Assembly (NCBI GenBank): GCA_028353405.1
Contig: JAOMOG010000006.1
Coordinates: forward strand, 8,566-72,565
Reading direction: 5' to 3'
DNA length: 64,000 nucleotides
DNA from: Candidatus Poseidoniaceae archaeon
GTDB lineage: Archaea > Thermoplasmatota > Poseidoniia > Poseidoniales > Poseidoniaceae
Positions 46,770 to 56,901 of the stretch are shown here, piece after piece. Under the pieces are notes generated by a model. The model did not search any database and was not told where the DNA came from. It worked only from the letters and a program-made list of their open reading frames with translations. The position numbers and the translations under genes were made by a program. The first letter of the stretch is position 1. The number at the start of each line of letters is the position of its first letter.

Positions 46770-49700
46770 ATGAAGGGACGCGCATTGCTGCTTGTACTGC
46801 TGTTGCTGGGTTCATTTCCGGCGTTTCAGGGCAATGCAGGCTCTACTACTCATTTCGGTAATTCAGCCTCGCAGGTCTCTATTCTACTGGATTTCAATGG
46901 ACCTGGATATGACTCTAGTACCAACATCAGCATCGGTGCTAGTTCGGTAATCACTACTGCAGCACTCGACATCAGAGGTCTTGCCAATTCAAGCGGTGAA
47001 AGGCCCGAATCCATCGGGCTAGACATTGGAGATGACGGTGATATGGATTGGTTTTGGGGCGGTCCTGGGAATGGCACCTATGGACATCTGGATGAATTTT
47101 CAAACGGATATCAGCGAGCCGGACTGAACATGTCCACCGGCAATAATTCTAGTTATCATCTCCGTCTGCCAATCAATGCCACGATAACCTCTGCGTCAAT
47201 GCAGTTTTCGACACTAAGCGAACTGACGATATCTGGTAGTGATGTACGCGACTCCTACTTGCATCAACCGCACCCAAACTATGGTAACACGACTCACGCA
47301 GATTGCAACTACGGTAATCAAAGCGCCACCCACGTTGGTAAAACAGAGTGGGTAAATTGGCATATTTATCGAGGTGTATACTGGTTCGATCTGGGCTTAT
47401 TACCTGGAGCAACAGTTCTAGATGCCAACCTCTCATTCTACGTTCAAGATGCAGTAAATCGGGCTTCGACCACAACTCCTGTGAGCACTCAGCACACCTA
47501 CTCAGTACATCCTTTACTGAAACATTGGGAGGAAGGTCTTGAGAGTAATTCACAGGTATCACAAGCTGCAGGCGTAACCTGGAATAAAGCGATCGACAAC
47601 CTCACAGGCAGCGATTCTTCTTGGTCGTCCGCAGGTGCCTCTGGCACAACCGACCGAGATGTTGCAGTTGCAAGTGTAACTGATAGTCCTGCAAATCTCG
47701 AGTACAACTGGCTCGACTTCAATAATCAAAACTTGACAGATTTGGTACAGAATTGGGTTGATGGCAATGTTACCAATAATGGACTTATTCTCATTGGTGA
47801 TGAAAATACAAACAAGCCAGATGGATCTAGATTGACCATCACATCAAGAGATAACGCCACACATGGACCGAAATTGGTAGTTGTATTCGAGGGTAGCGAT
47901 GATGTAACGGCCGCCCTTGATGTTGGCGCAGATGGTAATTGGGAGTGGAATCATAGCGGAAATCTCAGCAATGCATCGTCAGTTCCCGATTTTTCTGCCT
48001 CTCTGAATTCATATCTTGGCAATGCAACTCCAAGTTTCACCGATGCGTGGGGTAATGAATTCGTAGACATTCCGCTTAAAGTAAGCGCAAATGCAACATT
48101 GGTTCTCGATGGGATTGACATTGAATATGACTGGACTGCTGCAGTTGGAGCATCGCCTCATTCAGACCTGCTTAGTGAATTGAATCAACATGCTTCTAAT
48201 CTCACACCAGATGCTGCTGGCAATGTTAGTATCATCATTAATGTCAGTTCAGGTAGTGCCGGAAAGGTGGAATTACTCAACCTATGGTTGGGGCAGGGTG
48301 ATCGTCCACCTTCCATCACAGCAGTTACACTGCCTGGAGAGACTATTGTCCCCGATGGTCAATCTCGGGCTTTGAGCATCGATGTCACCTCATACCAAGG
48401 TGTATCGAATTTATCATGGCTTGCTATGATTCCACAACTACAGAACATTTCCAGTCAACCCACACTATTCCATTCTTTTGAAAATGACACTACATGGGTC
48501 GATGACCCTGCTGGACTTGTTAGCAATATCAGTGGTTCGTGGATGGCATTGAACAATCAGAGTGGTATCATGACGTGGGATCTCACAGCCAGTTGGTCAT
48601 GGTTGCCTGAGTTAGATGTTGTTTGGGAGGTTCAGGCGAAGACCATTGATTTACTCCACACAAGTAGGCTTTCAAGCCAGACTACAGATCATGAACGCAG
48701 AGTGGAAATTACCAGTTTTACAGCCTGGGACATGAGTGAACCGACTGAGGGCAGTCCGCAGATTTATGCTGATGAATGGGTCGCAGGTGGTGATTTATTA
48801 CGCATAGGAGGTTCTGTACGATTCCTCGATCTAACCAGTCACCCACTCCCAGGTGATGTTCTCATCGAACTAGTTGACATGAGTGCGAATTCAACAGTAG
48901 ATTCCAATGGTATTTACTCAATCGAGGTGTTTGCTCCACAGGATAGTCACTATGACGGATTTACCATTGCAGCCCATATTTTAGGACCATATGATTCAAC
49001 TGAGCCAGGACTTGCATCACTTACTTTCAACATTGATGCGACGAAGCCAGGTTTCCAAGCAAATGCGCCTCTTGGTGAAAGAATCCTACCCTCTTACCAG
49101 CAATTGTTCAATGTGACTATCACCGACGGTACCGATAGCGATGGGCTTGACATCGGCAGTCTACGTCTGAGGTGGTGGGTCGAAGATCTGCACGATAATG
49201 GCGATGGTATTCCTCAACTAGAGGAATATGGTCAGAAGCAACTTCTCAGGGAAGGGGAGAGTGATTTTTTCCACGCACAATATGATGATACATACAATTC
49301 ACACGGCCAGCAGGTATCTCTGTTCATTGAGGGCTTTGACAAGGCCGGTAATGCAATCTTGAGTGGCTCTGGATTTGAAGCAGATTTAGTCCATTACATT
49401 TCATTAGTTCCTTCTCCAACCGAGGTAGTATCCGTCAATATGGATTTCCCAGGTGGTAACACACTTACACCTGCCCACCCAGGATGGCTAAACATCAGCA
49501 TTAGAGATGTAAACGGCCTAGATGATATCGAAGGCATCATCATCGATCTTGGTCTAGGTAATACACTGTCCTACGATAAAGATGGGTCGTTTGAGTCGAG
49601 TAATTCATTGCTTGAGATTTCAGAATTTAGATTAGAAACCCAAGGAGATGAAATTACTCTCAACCTTTCATTCACTGCATCTCCGATATTTGATGATATG

Positions 49701-50990
49701 GCTACAGATGAGATGGGAATTACAATCAATATCAGTGATTCATCGGGCGACCATGTCTTTGACACTGAACTCTACTGGCGCTTTAATGCCGACATCATGC
49801 TAGTAGAATCTTCAATGAGAACCATGGGTGCTGAATCAGGTCTACTTGTGTATGATGATTATGTCACACTCGGCCAGAGACTGATGGTAGAGGGCAGAGT
49901 ACGTTATGTCGCTGCAGACCTAGTGCCAGCTTCAGGTTCATATTCGGTAATGCTAGAATCCCCTCTCGATCTTCCTCTCTTGGTGGCGACTGATGCCGAT
50001 GGCAGGTTTGAAGGTACGATGGATGCCCTTGGCAGTGGATTGTACCGCGTGGTCATCCAGGTCAATGGAGGGATAGGCTCTGCGAATCCAAGTCCTGAAC
50101 CGATTCGTTTGCAGATTGATGATGAAGCACCTTTGATAGTAGGTTACGAGCCGACGATGATATCTACTAATTCAACTGAAATCCAGTTGCAATTTGATAT
50201 TCAAGAAGCGGATTCTGGACTGTCGGAGCAAGGAATTCTGGTTCAATGTATCCAGACTAATGGCCTTCAATCATTTGGAGACATGATAGAGGGAACTGCT
50301 ACCATAATCATTCCAGGTGAAGTCAGCCGGTATCTTGTGAACCTAAGTTCACAGCCTATTCAAGGTGAAAACCTCGATTGCTGGTTTGATGTTACTGATT
50401 TGGCTGGAAATAATTTGACAGGTGAAGGTTCAGCCAAGACTTGGCCACTTCGATTCCAAGTAATCGAGACTAGGCCCGACATCAGTGCTGAACGGATTAC
50501 TATGCCGGATTATTCACCTGTCATCGGCCAGATGACTACCGTCAGTATTGATATTTTTAACATCGGTGCCCACGATTCTACCGCATTCAACATCACTTTG
50601 CAGACTCACATTCTTAACAAGGATAGAATCATCATCAAAGAAGTTGAAACAATCCAAATATCAATGCTGAACGGTGAGATGATGACAGTGAACTTTGAAT
50701 GGATGCCTGACTGGGAAGGTGAACTAGACCTAGTAGTGCTAATAGATTCGAGTCAAGTTATTGACGAGTCCGATGAGGGCAACACCATTTCGTTGAATGT
50801 TAAGATCGAGCCCGTTCCAGAACCTGAGGGATTCTTTGGATCTCAATCGTTGATGACATTTTTCGGGATGGGACTGATTGGCGTTATTTGCATTGGAATG
50901 CTATTCTTTGCGACGCGCCGAGTCGCCGAAGGTGAGGATTCAAAGTGGCTTGAAGAAGAAGAAGAAGAAGAAGAAGATGATGAAGATTAA
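46770..50990 (+). CDS. Giant cell-surface protein (about 1400 aa) with a DNRLRE-like domain, type-I topology and an acidic tail
   Basis: Has a signal peptide (ALLLVLLLLGSFPAF). The segment HPLLKHWEEG...GVTWNKA...NNGLILIGDEN...GPKLVVVF resembles DNRLRE-type carbohydrate-associated domains. It ends with a C-terminal TM helix (FFGMGLIGVICIGMLFFA) and EEEEEEEEDDED. Confidence 0.8.
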   Translation: MKGRALLLVLLLLGSFPAFQGNAGSTTHFGNSASQVSILLDFNGPGYDSSTNISIGASSVITTAALDIRGLANSSGERPESIGLDIGDDGDMDWFWGGPGNGTYGHLDEFSNGYQRAGLNMSTGNNSSYHLRLPINATITSASMQFSTLSELTISGSDVRDSYLHQPHPNYGNTTHADCNYGNQSATHVGKTEWVNWHIYRGVYWFDLGLLPGATVLDANLSFYVQDAVNRASTTTPVSTQHTYSVHPLLKHWEEGLESNSQVSQAAGVTWNKAIDNLTGSDSSWSSAGASGTTDRDVAVASVTDSPANLEYNWLDFNNQNLTDLVQNWVDGNVTNNGLILIGDENTNKPDGSRLTITSRDNATHGPKLVVVFEGSDDVTAALDVGADGNWEWNHSGNLSNASSVPDFSASLNSYLGNATPSFTDAWGNEFVDIPLKVSANATLVLDGIDIEYDWTAAVGASPHSDLLSELNQHASNLTPDAAGNVSIIINVSSGSAGKVELLNLWLGQGDRPPSITAVTLPGETIVPDGQSRALSIDVTSYQGVSNLSWLAMIPQLQNISSQPTLFHSFENDTTWVDDPAGLVSNISGSWMALNNQSGIMTWDLTASWSWLPELDVVWEVQAKTIDLLHTSRLSSQTTDHERRVEITSFTAWDMSEPTEGSPQIYADEWVAGGDLLRIGGSVRFLDLTSHPLPGDVLIELVDMSANSTVDSNGIYSIEVFAPQDSHYDGFTIAAHILGPYDSTEPGLASLTFNIDATKPGFQANAPLGERILPSYQQLFNVTITDGTDSDGLDIGSLRLRWWVEDLHDNGDGIPQLEEYGQKQLLREGESDFFHAQYDDTYNSHGQQVSLFIEGFDKAGNAILSGSGFEADLVHYISLVPSPTEVVSVNMDFPGGNTLTPAHPGWLNISIRDVNGLDDIEGIIIDLGLGNTLSYDKDGSFESSNSLLEISEFRLETQGDEITLNLSFTASPIFDDMATDEMGITINISDSSGDHVFDTELYWRFNADIMLVESSMRTMGAESGLLVYDDYVTLGQRLMVEGRVRYVAADLVPASGSYSVMLESPLDLPLLVATDADGRFEGTMDALGSGLYRVVIQVNGGIGSANPSPEPIRLQIDDEAPLIVGYEPTMISTNSTEIQLQFDIQEADSGLSEQGILVQCIQTNGLQSFGDMIEGTATIIIPGEVSRYLVNLSSQPIQGENLDCWFDVTDLAGNNLTGEGSAKTWPLRFQVIETRPDISAERITMPDYSPVIGQMTTVSIDIFNIGAHDSTAFNITLQTHILNKDRIIIKEVETIQISMLNGEMMTVNFEWMPDWEGELDLVVLIDSSQVIDESDEGNTISLNVKIEPVPEPEGFFGSQSLMTFFGMGLIGVICIGMLFFATRRVAEGEDSKWLEEEEEEEEDDED
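50953..50976 (+). repeat. (GAA)8 trinucleotide tract encoding poly-Glu at the C-terminus of the surface protein
   Basis: gaagaagaagaagaagaagaagaa read directly from the sequence. Confidence 0.9.
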
Positions 50991-51003
50991 TTCTATGTAA
51001 GAA

Positions 51004-54000
51004 TTAGAGAAAGTCTAACTCTGGAGCTGCAGGGACATTTGCATATGGCTCTGGTAATTTGAAATTAGGAGGAAGTGGTGGCATAGTTGGTGGTCTCCTA
51101 CGTTGAAGCAGAAGAACTCCTAGCAGAATAGCGACAAGGATGCCCAAACCAATAATGATCAAGGATGTATTGGTGAGTGGAATCGACAACCCTTTATCCT
51201 CTTCAGGAAGTTGAACATTGTAAACTATAGACCAGTTAACAGAAAGAGATCCCCTCCCATCATCGAGGAAAAGTATAATCTCATAAGGTTCACTTAAACC
51301 AGATTTCTCACAGAGTTCTATCGTTAAAGTTTGATTACCGTTAACGCAATCATGTGTAGTTTCAAAGAATGTCATATTGGTACTGATAATTTGCCCATTT
51401 CGCCACCAAGTGATACTGAGATTCAAGTTCGTCATTTGTTCTTCTGTTAGGTTTAGATCAATTGAAAGATATAATTCATCAGTTGAAGCATTAAGGACAA
51501 TACTTTGGTTGCTTGGATTTTGTATTAGGTGATTCATTCTGTTCACACCTTCATCTATTATTTCATCACAATCATCATCCAGTCCATTCCAGCGTTCTGG
51601 TTTATCAGGGGCAATATTTGAATTGTTATCATCGCAATCATTGAACCAACGATAACCGTCGTTATCATTATCCAAATCAGCGACGAGTGGATTGGTCATC
51701 GTCACCATGACTTCAACTCCATCATCTAATCCATCCCCGTCAGAATCGGCATCATAAGGGTCGGTACTGAGATTGGTAAATTCCTCATAATCAAGTAAGT
51801 CATCTCCATCAGCATCGGTTGAGTAGAATGTTTCATCTATCAAATCATTACAATTGTTATCAATACCATCAAGGGTTTCATTGATGGATGGATTGCGTAA
51901 TGAATTGTTATCATCACAATCTTGGAACCAATAATAACTATCTGCATCGCTATCATTATCGGCAATAAGCGGGTTTGTGAGATGAATGAATATCTCTGCA
52001 TCATCTCGTAAATAGTCGCCATCGGTATCATAGAGGATGATGCTAGTTCCGTAAATATGATATTCCATGTAATCGGACAACGTATCACCATCTGTATCGG
52101 ATTGATTGAATCCTTCATCCCATTGACCATTGCAATTATCGTCTAATCCGTTCAAGAGTTCAGTAGCACCTGGATAAATCAGAGGATTAGTATCATTACA
52201 ATCATCAAACCAGTAAAAGCCATCTTGGTCGCTATTTGGGTCATAGACCAAAGGATCGCTTTGGTATTGGAGTACTTCTTCACCATCTTCTAAACCATCA
52301 CCATCAGTATCTCTCACAAGTGGGTTTGTACCATTGACCAAGACTTCCACGCCATCATCTAGGCCATCACCATCAGTATCTCCCACAAGTGGGTTTGTAC
52401 CATTGACCAAGACCTCCACGCCATCGGAAAGAAGATCATCATCTGAATCTGAATCTAAGGGATCTGTGAAATTAACGAGAACTTCAACCCCATCGTTTAA
52501 CCCATCTCCATCAGTATCTTCGCTATTTGGATCAGTTGATGAATTCATTACTTCAAAACCATCTAGAAGTTGGTCATCATCGCTGTCAGGGTCATTAGGG
52601 TCAGTCATGTAGACATCCGTTTCGTTTCTATCAGTGAGTAAATCCCCATCTGAATCAATATCTCTCTCAGTACCGTAAAGCACTAAGCCCCATTCATTCA
52701 AAGTACCGACATCGTTGTTACCTTGGTCTTCCAAACTCAAGATCCATTCTCCACGACTCTCTTCACCCCAATGTTGAACGGTTGAAAAACGCCAGTCTGC
52801 ATAATTATTATTGGCATCTTCATGCTTTTCAGAGAGAACACTTTGCATGCCTGATGGCGAGGTGAGAATTATTTCTAAATCACCTCTATAGGTGTGATCA
52901 ATATCAACAAAAATATCGATGTTTTCTAGATGAAGTGGGTCTGTGATGTTGACCGAAACGTTGACTGGATAGCCAGAATTATCTGGAACATCTAGGTCAA
53001 CGGTTTGCATTCCAGACGAAGTGTTGACTTCGCCATCAACCACTGTCCATTGCGCTGCAAGTGCTACAGCTGCAGATGCATCCACCACACCGAATCCATA
53101 CTTGTGACTGACGAGATGTCCATTTCCGTTGGTAGTCCATGATGAATCACTTGCATCATTTTTACGAGATGTTTCAACTAGCACATGTTGTACATCTCGC
53201 CAGGAAAGATTCGGATTTGCTTCAAGCATCAGTGCAATGACGCCAGATACGAGTGGAGTAGCCGATGATGTTCCACCAAAGGAATCTGTATAATCTGTAG
53301 ATGAATAGCCACCTGAACCTTCAATATCAGTTGTTGTGATTTCTTCACCATCACCATTAGAGGGGGCAGCCACAAGGATGTTAGCACCTGGTTCAGCGTA
53401 ATACGATTGTTCACCTTTGTAGGTTACAGCAGTGACAGCAATTGTATAGCGGAGGTTAGCGTATCCATCGTAATTAGAATCGTCATCATCGGTCAAACCA
53501 TTTCCAGCAGCCCATGTGATGATACTTCCCAATCCACCACGCCCACTTTGAGCACCAGCTTCCATAGCAGCCAACATCAATGGTTCTGGGCCTTTCAATG
53601 TCATACCGTTATCACTAGGACCCCAAGAGTTTGAATAGATATCAATCAATTGACTTTCGTGGCTCAATGCATTTGCTTCCCGGATATCTGTAGTACTGCA
53701 TGAAATCAATTGCAATCCTGCTAATCCTGCTTGAGGAGCTGCACCTGAGACTCCTAAACTATTGTTACCAACTGCAGCAGCGACACCTGCAGCTGCTGTT
53801 CCATGCGCATTTGAGGACGAAGGAGTGGGATCATTATCATCACCACAGAAATCATAATCCAATGATGATTTATAGAAATCATCTAAGTCAGGATGGTTCC
53901 AATCTAATCCGTCATCAACGATTCCTATGACAACACCTGCTCCCTGGTAAGTATTCCATGCACCGCTCAAATTGGCATCCTCCCCCACTGTCCCACCTGA

Positions 54001-54459
54001 TTGGCCAGTATTTTCTAGGTGCCATTGGTCTGAAAACTTCGGATCATTTGGCGTCCAGCGTGGTATTTGCTGATATTCTACTAATGGATAGGCTGCCTCA
54101 ATGATTCCTTCTTCTTGCATTCCCTCAACTATGTATTTACCATTGGTCCCGAGTTCCATCAGCCATGCACCTTCAAGTTGTGGTAATTCCAAACCAACAG
54201 GAATACGGCCAATAGCGACCCATGAAGTTACGTTTGAGAGTGTCTCATCAGTATATTGTGATAAATCACTAACTCGGGCTAGTGACGCTTGTACTGCTTG
54301 TGAGTAAGTTGAAACAATTGAAACATCATTGTTCTGTGCTGCAGAAATCTTGACATCAACTTGCGAAGAAAGTGTATTATCTTCACTTTGAAGGCTGCTT
54401 TCAAGAGGAAATACTGATAGACAAAGGAGCAGGACCAACACGATTGCCTGCGACTTCAT
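51004..54459 (-). CDS. Kexin/proprotein-convertase-like subtilase (S8 + P domain) with TSP3-like and Cys-rich repeats, membrane-anchored
   Basis: The catalytic triad blocks are GIVDDGLDWNHPDL, HGTAAAGVAA and GGTSSATPLVSG. A P-domain block follows (HTYRGDLEIILTSPSGMQSVL). Next come DTDGDGLxDGxEV repeats and three CxDxNxxIxPxxxExxNGxDDxCxxxxDE motifs. It ends with a C-terminal TM helix. Confidence 0.9.
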   Translation of the reverse strand: MKSQAIVLVLLLCLSVFPLESSLQSEDNTLSSQVDVKISAAQNNDVSIVSTYSQAVQASLARVSDLSQYTDETLSNVTSWVAIGRIPVGLELPQLEGAWLMELGTNGKYIVEGMQEEGIIEAAYPLVEYQQIPRWTPNDPKFSDQWHLENTGQSGGTVGEDANLSGAWNTYQGAGVVIGIVDDGLDWNHPDLDDFYKSSLDYDFCGDDNDPTPSSSNAHGTAAAGVAAAVGNNSLGVSGAAPQAGLAGLQLISCSTTDIREANALSHESQLIDIYSNSWGPSDNGMTLKGPEPLMLAAMEAGAQSGRGGLGSIITWAAGNGLTDDDDSNYDGYANLRYTIAVTAVTYKGEQSYYAEPGANILVAAPSNGDGEEITTTDIEGSGGYSSTDYTDSFGGTSSATPLVSGVIALMLEANPNLSWRDVQHVLVETSRKNDASDSSWTTNGNGHLVSHKYGFGVVDASAAVALAAQWTVVDGEVNTSSGMQTVDLDVPDNSGYPVNVSVNITDPLHLENIDIFVDIDHTYRGDLEIILTSPSGMQSVLSEKHEDANNNYADWRFSTVQHWGEESRGEWILSLEDQGNNDVGTLNEWGLVLYGTERDIDSDGDLLTDRNETDVYMTDPNDPDSDDDQLLDGFEVMNSSTDPNSEDTDGDGLNDGVEVLVNFTDPLDSDSDDDLLSDGVEVLVNGTNPLVGDTDGDGLDDGVEVLVNGTNPLVRDTDGDGLEDGEEVLQYQSDPLVYDPNSDQDGFYWFDDCNDTNPLIYPGATELLNGLDDNCNGQWDEGFNQSDTDGDTLSDYMEYHIYGTSIILYDTDGDYLRDDAEIFIHLTNPLIADNDSDADSYYWFQDCDDNNSLRNPSINETLDGIDNNCNDLIDETFYSTDADGDDLLDYEEFTNLSTDPYDADSDGDGLDDGVEVMVTMTNPLVADLDNDNDGYRWFNDCDDNNSNIAPDKPERWNGLDDDCDEIIDEGVNRMNHLIQNPSNQSIVLNASTDELYLSIDLNLTEEQMTNLNLSITWWRNGQIISTNMTFFETTHDCVNGNQTLTIELCEKSGLSEPYEIILFLDDGRGSLSVNWSIVYNVQLPEEDKGLSIPLTNTSLIIIGLGILVAILLGVLLLQRRRPPTMPPLPPNFKLPEPYANVPAAPELDFL
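52296..52430. repeat. Near-identical 69-nt tandem duplication inside the subtilase gene
   Basis: The string cacaagtgggtttgtaccattgaccaagac(t/c)tccacgccatc occurs at 52315 and again at 52384, a period of 69 nt (23 aa). It encodes DGVEVLVNGTNPLV(G/R)DTDGDGL. Confidence 0.85.
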
Positions 54460-54653
54460 GCTTGGCCCTATTCAAGGTCCCTCATATTGCTAACGGTGGG
54501 ATATGCAGGTATTTCATAAGAACAACAAATTATTATTGAAACATATCCCTCTATAATCATTCTAATCGAATACAGTATCAGCAGAGATGATGTATACAAC
54601 GGGGATTCAGTTCCCTAGTACAGTCGCTACCCATCCGAATAGATTTGTTCTGT

Positions 54654-56429
54654 TCAATCGCAGCAATTCTTTTCGATGCTGTCTTGAGCACAGAAACAGG
54701 TCTTTGCTGGTACTATGTCAGCACGAGAACTACGCTCCTTGAACAATGCAGTGACTTTTGCAAGTTCATCAGGAGCATCACCGCGTGCTTCAAGACAAAG
54801 TTTGAGTCCTAAGAGGCCCCACATGTTGTCCTTCCAAAGTTTGATGTCAGCACGGTAGACTGCTTCTGCTTCTTCGATTTCGCCTTGTTCGTGGAGAAGA
54901 GCGCCTAGAATGTGGCGTATAGGTTGCATTTGACCCCAAGGTTCGTTGTAAGCAAGGTTGAGAGAAAGGTCGACACCACGACGTAGATGGTCAAAAGCAG
55001 CAGTAAAGTCAGATGCTTCACCTCGAGCCTTGGCCTGGAACTGTCTTCGGTATTCTATTTCACCAGCGAGGACTGCGGCATTGACCAAAAGGATACATGG
55101 ACCATCACTTGGGTCTTGGTACATCAAATTGTTATGCAGTACTCTTCCAGCAAGTGCTGGGTTTTGAATCGCTTCATTGAAGAGAACTTGTTCTGCTTCT
55201 GCCTCAACAACCATGCCCTTTGAGGCATAAGCTACACCACGAGCGTAGTGTTGTGTTGCGATGGTGGATGGGAATACATCCTTGTCAGAATACATTGGTT
55301 CAGCAATGATTTCATCCCACTTACCGAATCTGATCATCACATGCCAAGGCATAGTGACGTATGATTCTAGGAAGATTGCGCCCATTGGGATGATACCAGC
55401 AAGCATGAATTGAACGCCTGAGTTTTCGTCTCCAGCAGGAAGTGTGTCGACTGCCTTTCGTGCATACTTGAGGGCTGTTTCATATTGTCCTTCAAACATA
55501 GCGCACCAGACCACGAAGTGGTGGTTGTGCATTCGATAGAACTTGTAAAACTGAGAATCATTACCAGTGAGTTCGACATATTTGTCATCTGCTTCTACTG
55601 CAGCAATGTTACATTCAATCGCTTCCTTCCATTGTCCAACCCACGCATCAATGTGAGAAGGCATGTGCACAAGGTGACCCATACCTGGCATGACTGTGCG
55701 TAGAACATCAGCCGCTGGCAATGCCCGCTCAGGGAACGGAGAAAGTTCGAGAGCGTGGCAGTACAAGTGGCACATTGCAACGTGTTGCTTGGCCCCTTCG
55801 ATGTTTTCAAATGCATCTTCCATTACTTTGACCAACAACAATGTATTGTCGTCAGCGGGAGTGATTTCACCGGTGGAGACATTCTTGTCCCATAGTTGCC
55901 AAGCTTTCAGATTCATGAGAGCCTCTACGTAAATTGCAGCAACATCCAAGTTCCCACTGTATTTTCGATAAAGAGGTTCCATTGCTTCTGCGAATGCAAC
56001 ATTCAGTTCAGGGTCGTTACCCATGTTGAGGACCGTAGGGTCTGCTGCATCGCGTGCTTCTGCAGAATGGCGTTGTGCCAATGCATCGATGAGATCTTGC
56101 TCAAGTTCGGTACAACCTGCTTTGAGAGAAACCGCTTGTTGAATAGAATCGTGTCCAGAGCCAAGCCCTGGGCTCCAGTTATAGTTGGATGAGACACAGT
56201 ATGAAATTCCCCACCATGCCATAGCACACGTAGGGTCGAGTTCGGTAACTTTGCTGAAACATGCAATCGCTTGTTCATGGTTGTAGTTCAACATATGGCC
56301 GAATCCTTCAACAAACATTTTGCGAGCATCATCATTTGCGCATGTAATGGTTGTTGCGAAGGTGTAGTTAGAGGCAATACCGAAATCGTAATCTGTTGGT
56401 GCAAGATACATGCCCATATGAGGGGTCAT
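54654..56429 (-). CDS. TPR-like all-helical protein, cytoplasmic, function unknown
   Basis: 591 aa with repeated helical-hairpin motifs (AIACFSKVTELDPTCAMAWWG, EEAEAVYRADIKLWKDN) and no signal peptide. It looks more GC-rich than its flanks. Confidence 0.6.
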   Translation of the reverse strand: MTPHMGMYLAPTDYDFGIASNYTFATTITCANDDARKMFVEGFGHMLNYNHEQAIACFSKVTELDPTCAMAWWGISYCVSSNYNWSPGLGSGHDSIQQAVSLKAGCTELEQDLIDALAQRHSAEARDAADPTVLNMGNDPELNVAFAEAMEPLYRKYSGNLDVAAIYVEALMNLKAWQLWDKNVSTGEITPADDNTLLLVKVMEDAFENIEGAKQHVAMCHLYCHALELSPFPERALPAADVLRTVMPGMGHLVHMPSHIDAWVGQWKEAIECNIAAVEADDKYVELTGNDSQFYKFYRMHNHHFVVWCAMFEGQYETALKYARKAVDTLPAGDENSGVQFMLAGIIPMGAIFLESYVTMPWHVMIRFGKWDEIIAEPMYSDKDVFPSTIATQHYARGVAYASKGMVVEAEAEQVLFNEAIQNPALAGRVLHNNLMYQDPSDGPCILLVNAAVLAGEIEYRRQFQAKARGEASDFTAAFDHLRRGVDLSLNLAYNEPWGQMQPIRHILGALLHEQGEIEEAEAVYRADIKLWKDNMWGLLGLKLCLEARGDAPDELAKVTALFKERSSRADIVPAKTCFCAQDSIEKNCCD

Positions 56430-56608
56430 TGGGATTTAATTGAATCGGAGTTCCTTAAAACAGAACAATTCGGATAAGTTGTAAGGGCTTATCAGAAACC
56501 CGTTTGTATTTTATTTTCCGATACAAGGAGATTCAGTGGTCGCTACGGACGCAAAAGGCGTCTCACGAAGGGTGTTGCAAGGTAGTCTGGGCGAGAATAG
56601 TAATCGGC

Positions 56609-56887
56609 TTATGGTGTGGCAATTCCAAAGAATTCAAGTGGACCTAGAGCGAATTTAACAAAACTCCACAATCCATCCGGATCAATAATCCCCCATACTG
56701 CAAGTGCTGCAAATACATAGGGCAGTAAGACGGTAAACCAGAATGTTTTAGGAAATTCTTCCTTTGTTTTCCAACCTTTCTGCTTAACAAAAACTCCTCC
56801 ATGATAGAGGTTATATGTTGACCAGCCAAAAAGGCATAATGCTACAGGTAAGCCGAGTATAAGTTGTAACATCATCTCTACTATCAC
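56609..56887 (-). CDS. Small membrane protein, hypothetical
   Basis: 92 aa with two or three hydrophobic helices, immediately downstream of the large surface protein gene. Confidence 0.4.
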   Translation of the reverse strand: MIVEMMLQLILGLPVALCLFGWSTYNLYHGGVFVKQKGWKTKEEFPKTFWFTVLLPYVFAALAVWGIIDPDGLWSFVKFALGPLEFFGIATP

Positions 56888-56901
56888 CCGTTAGGTAATA
56901 T

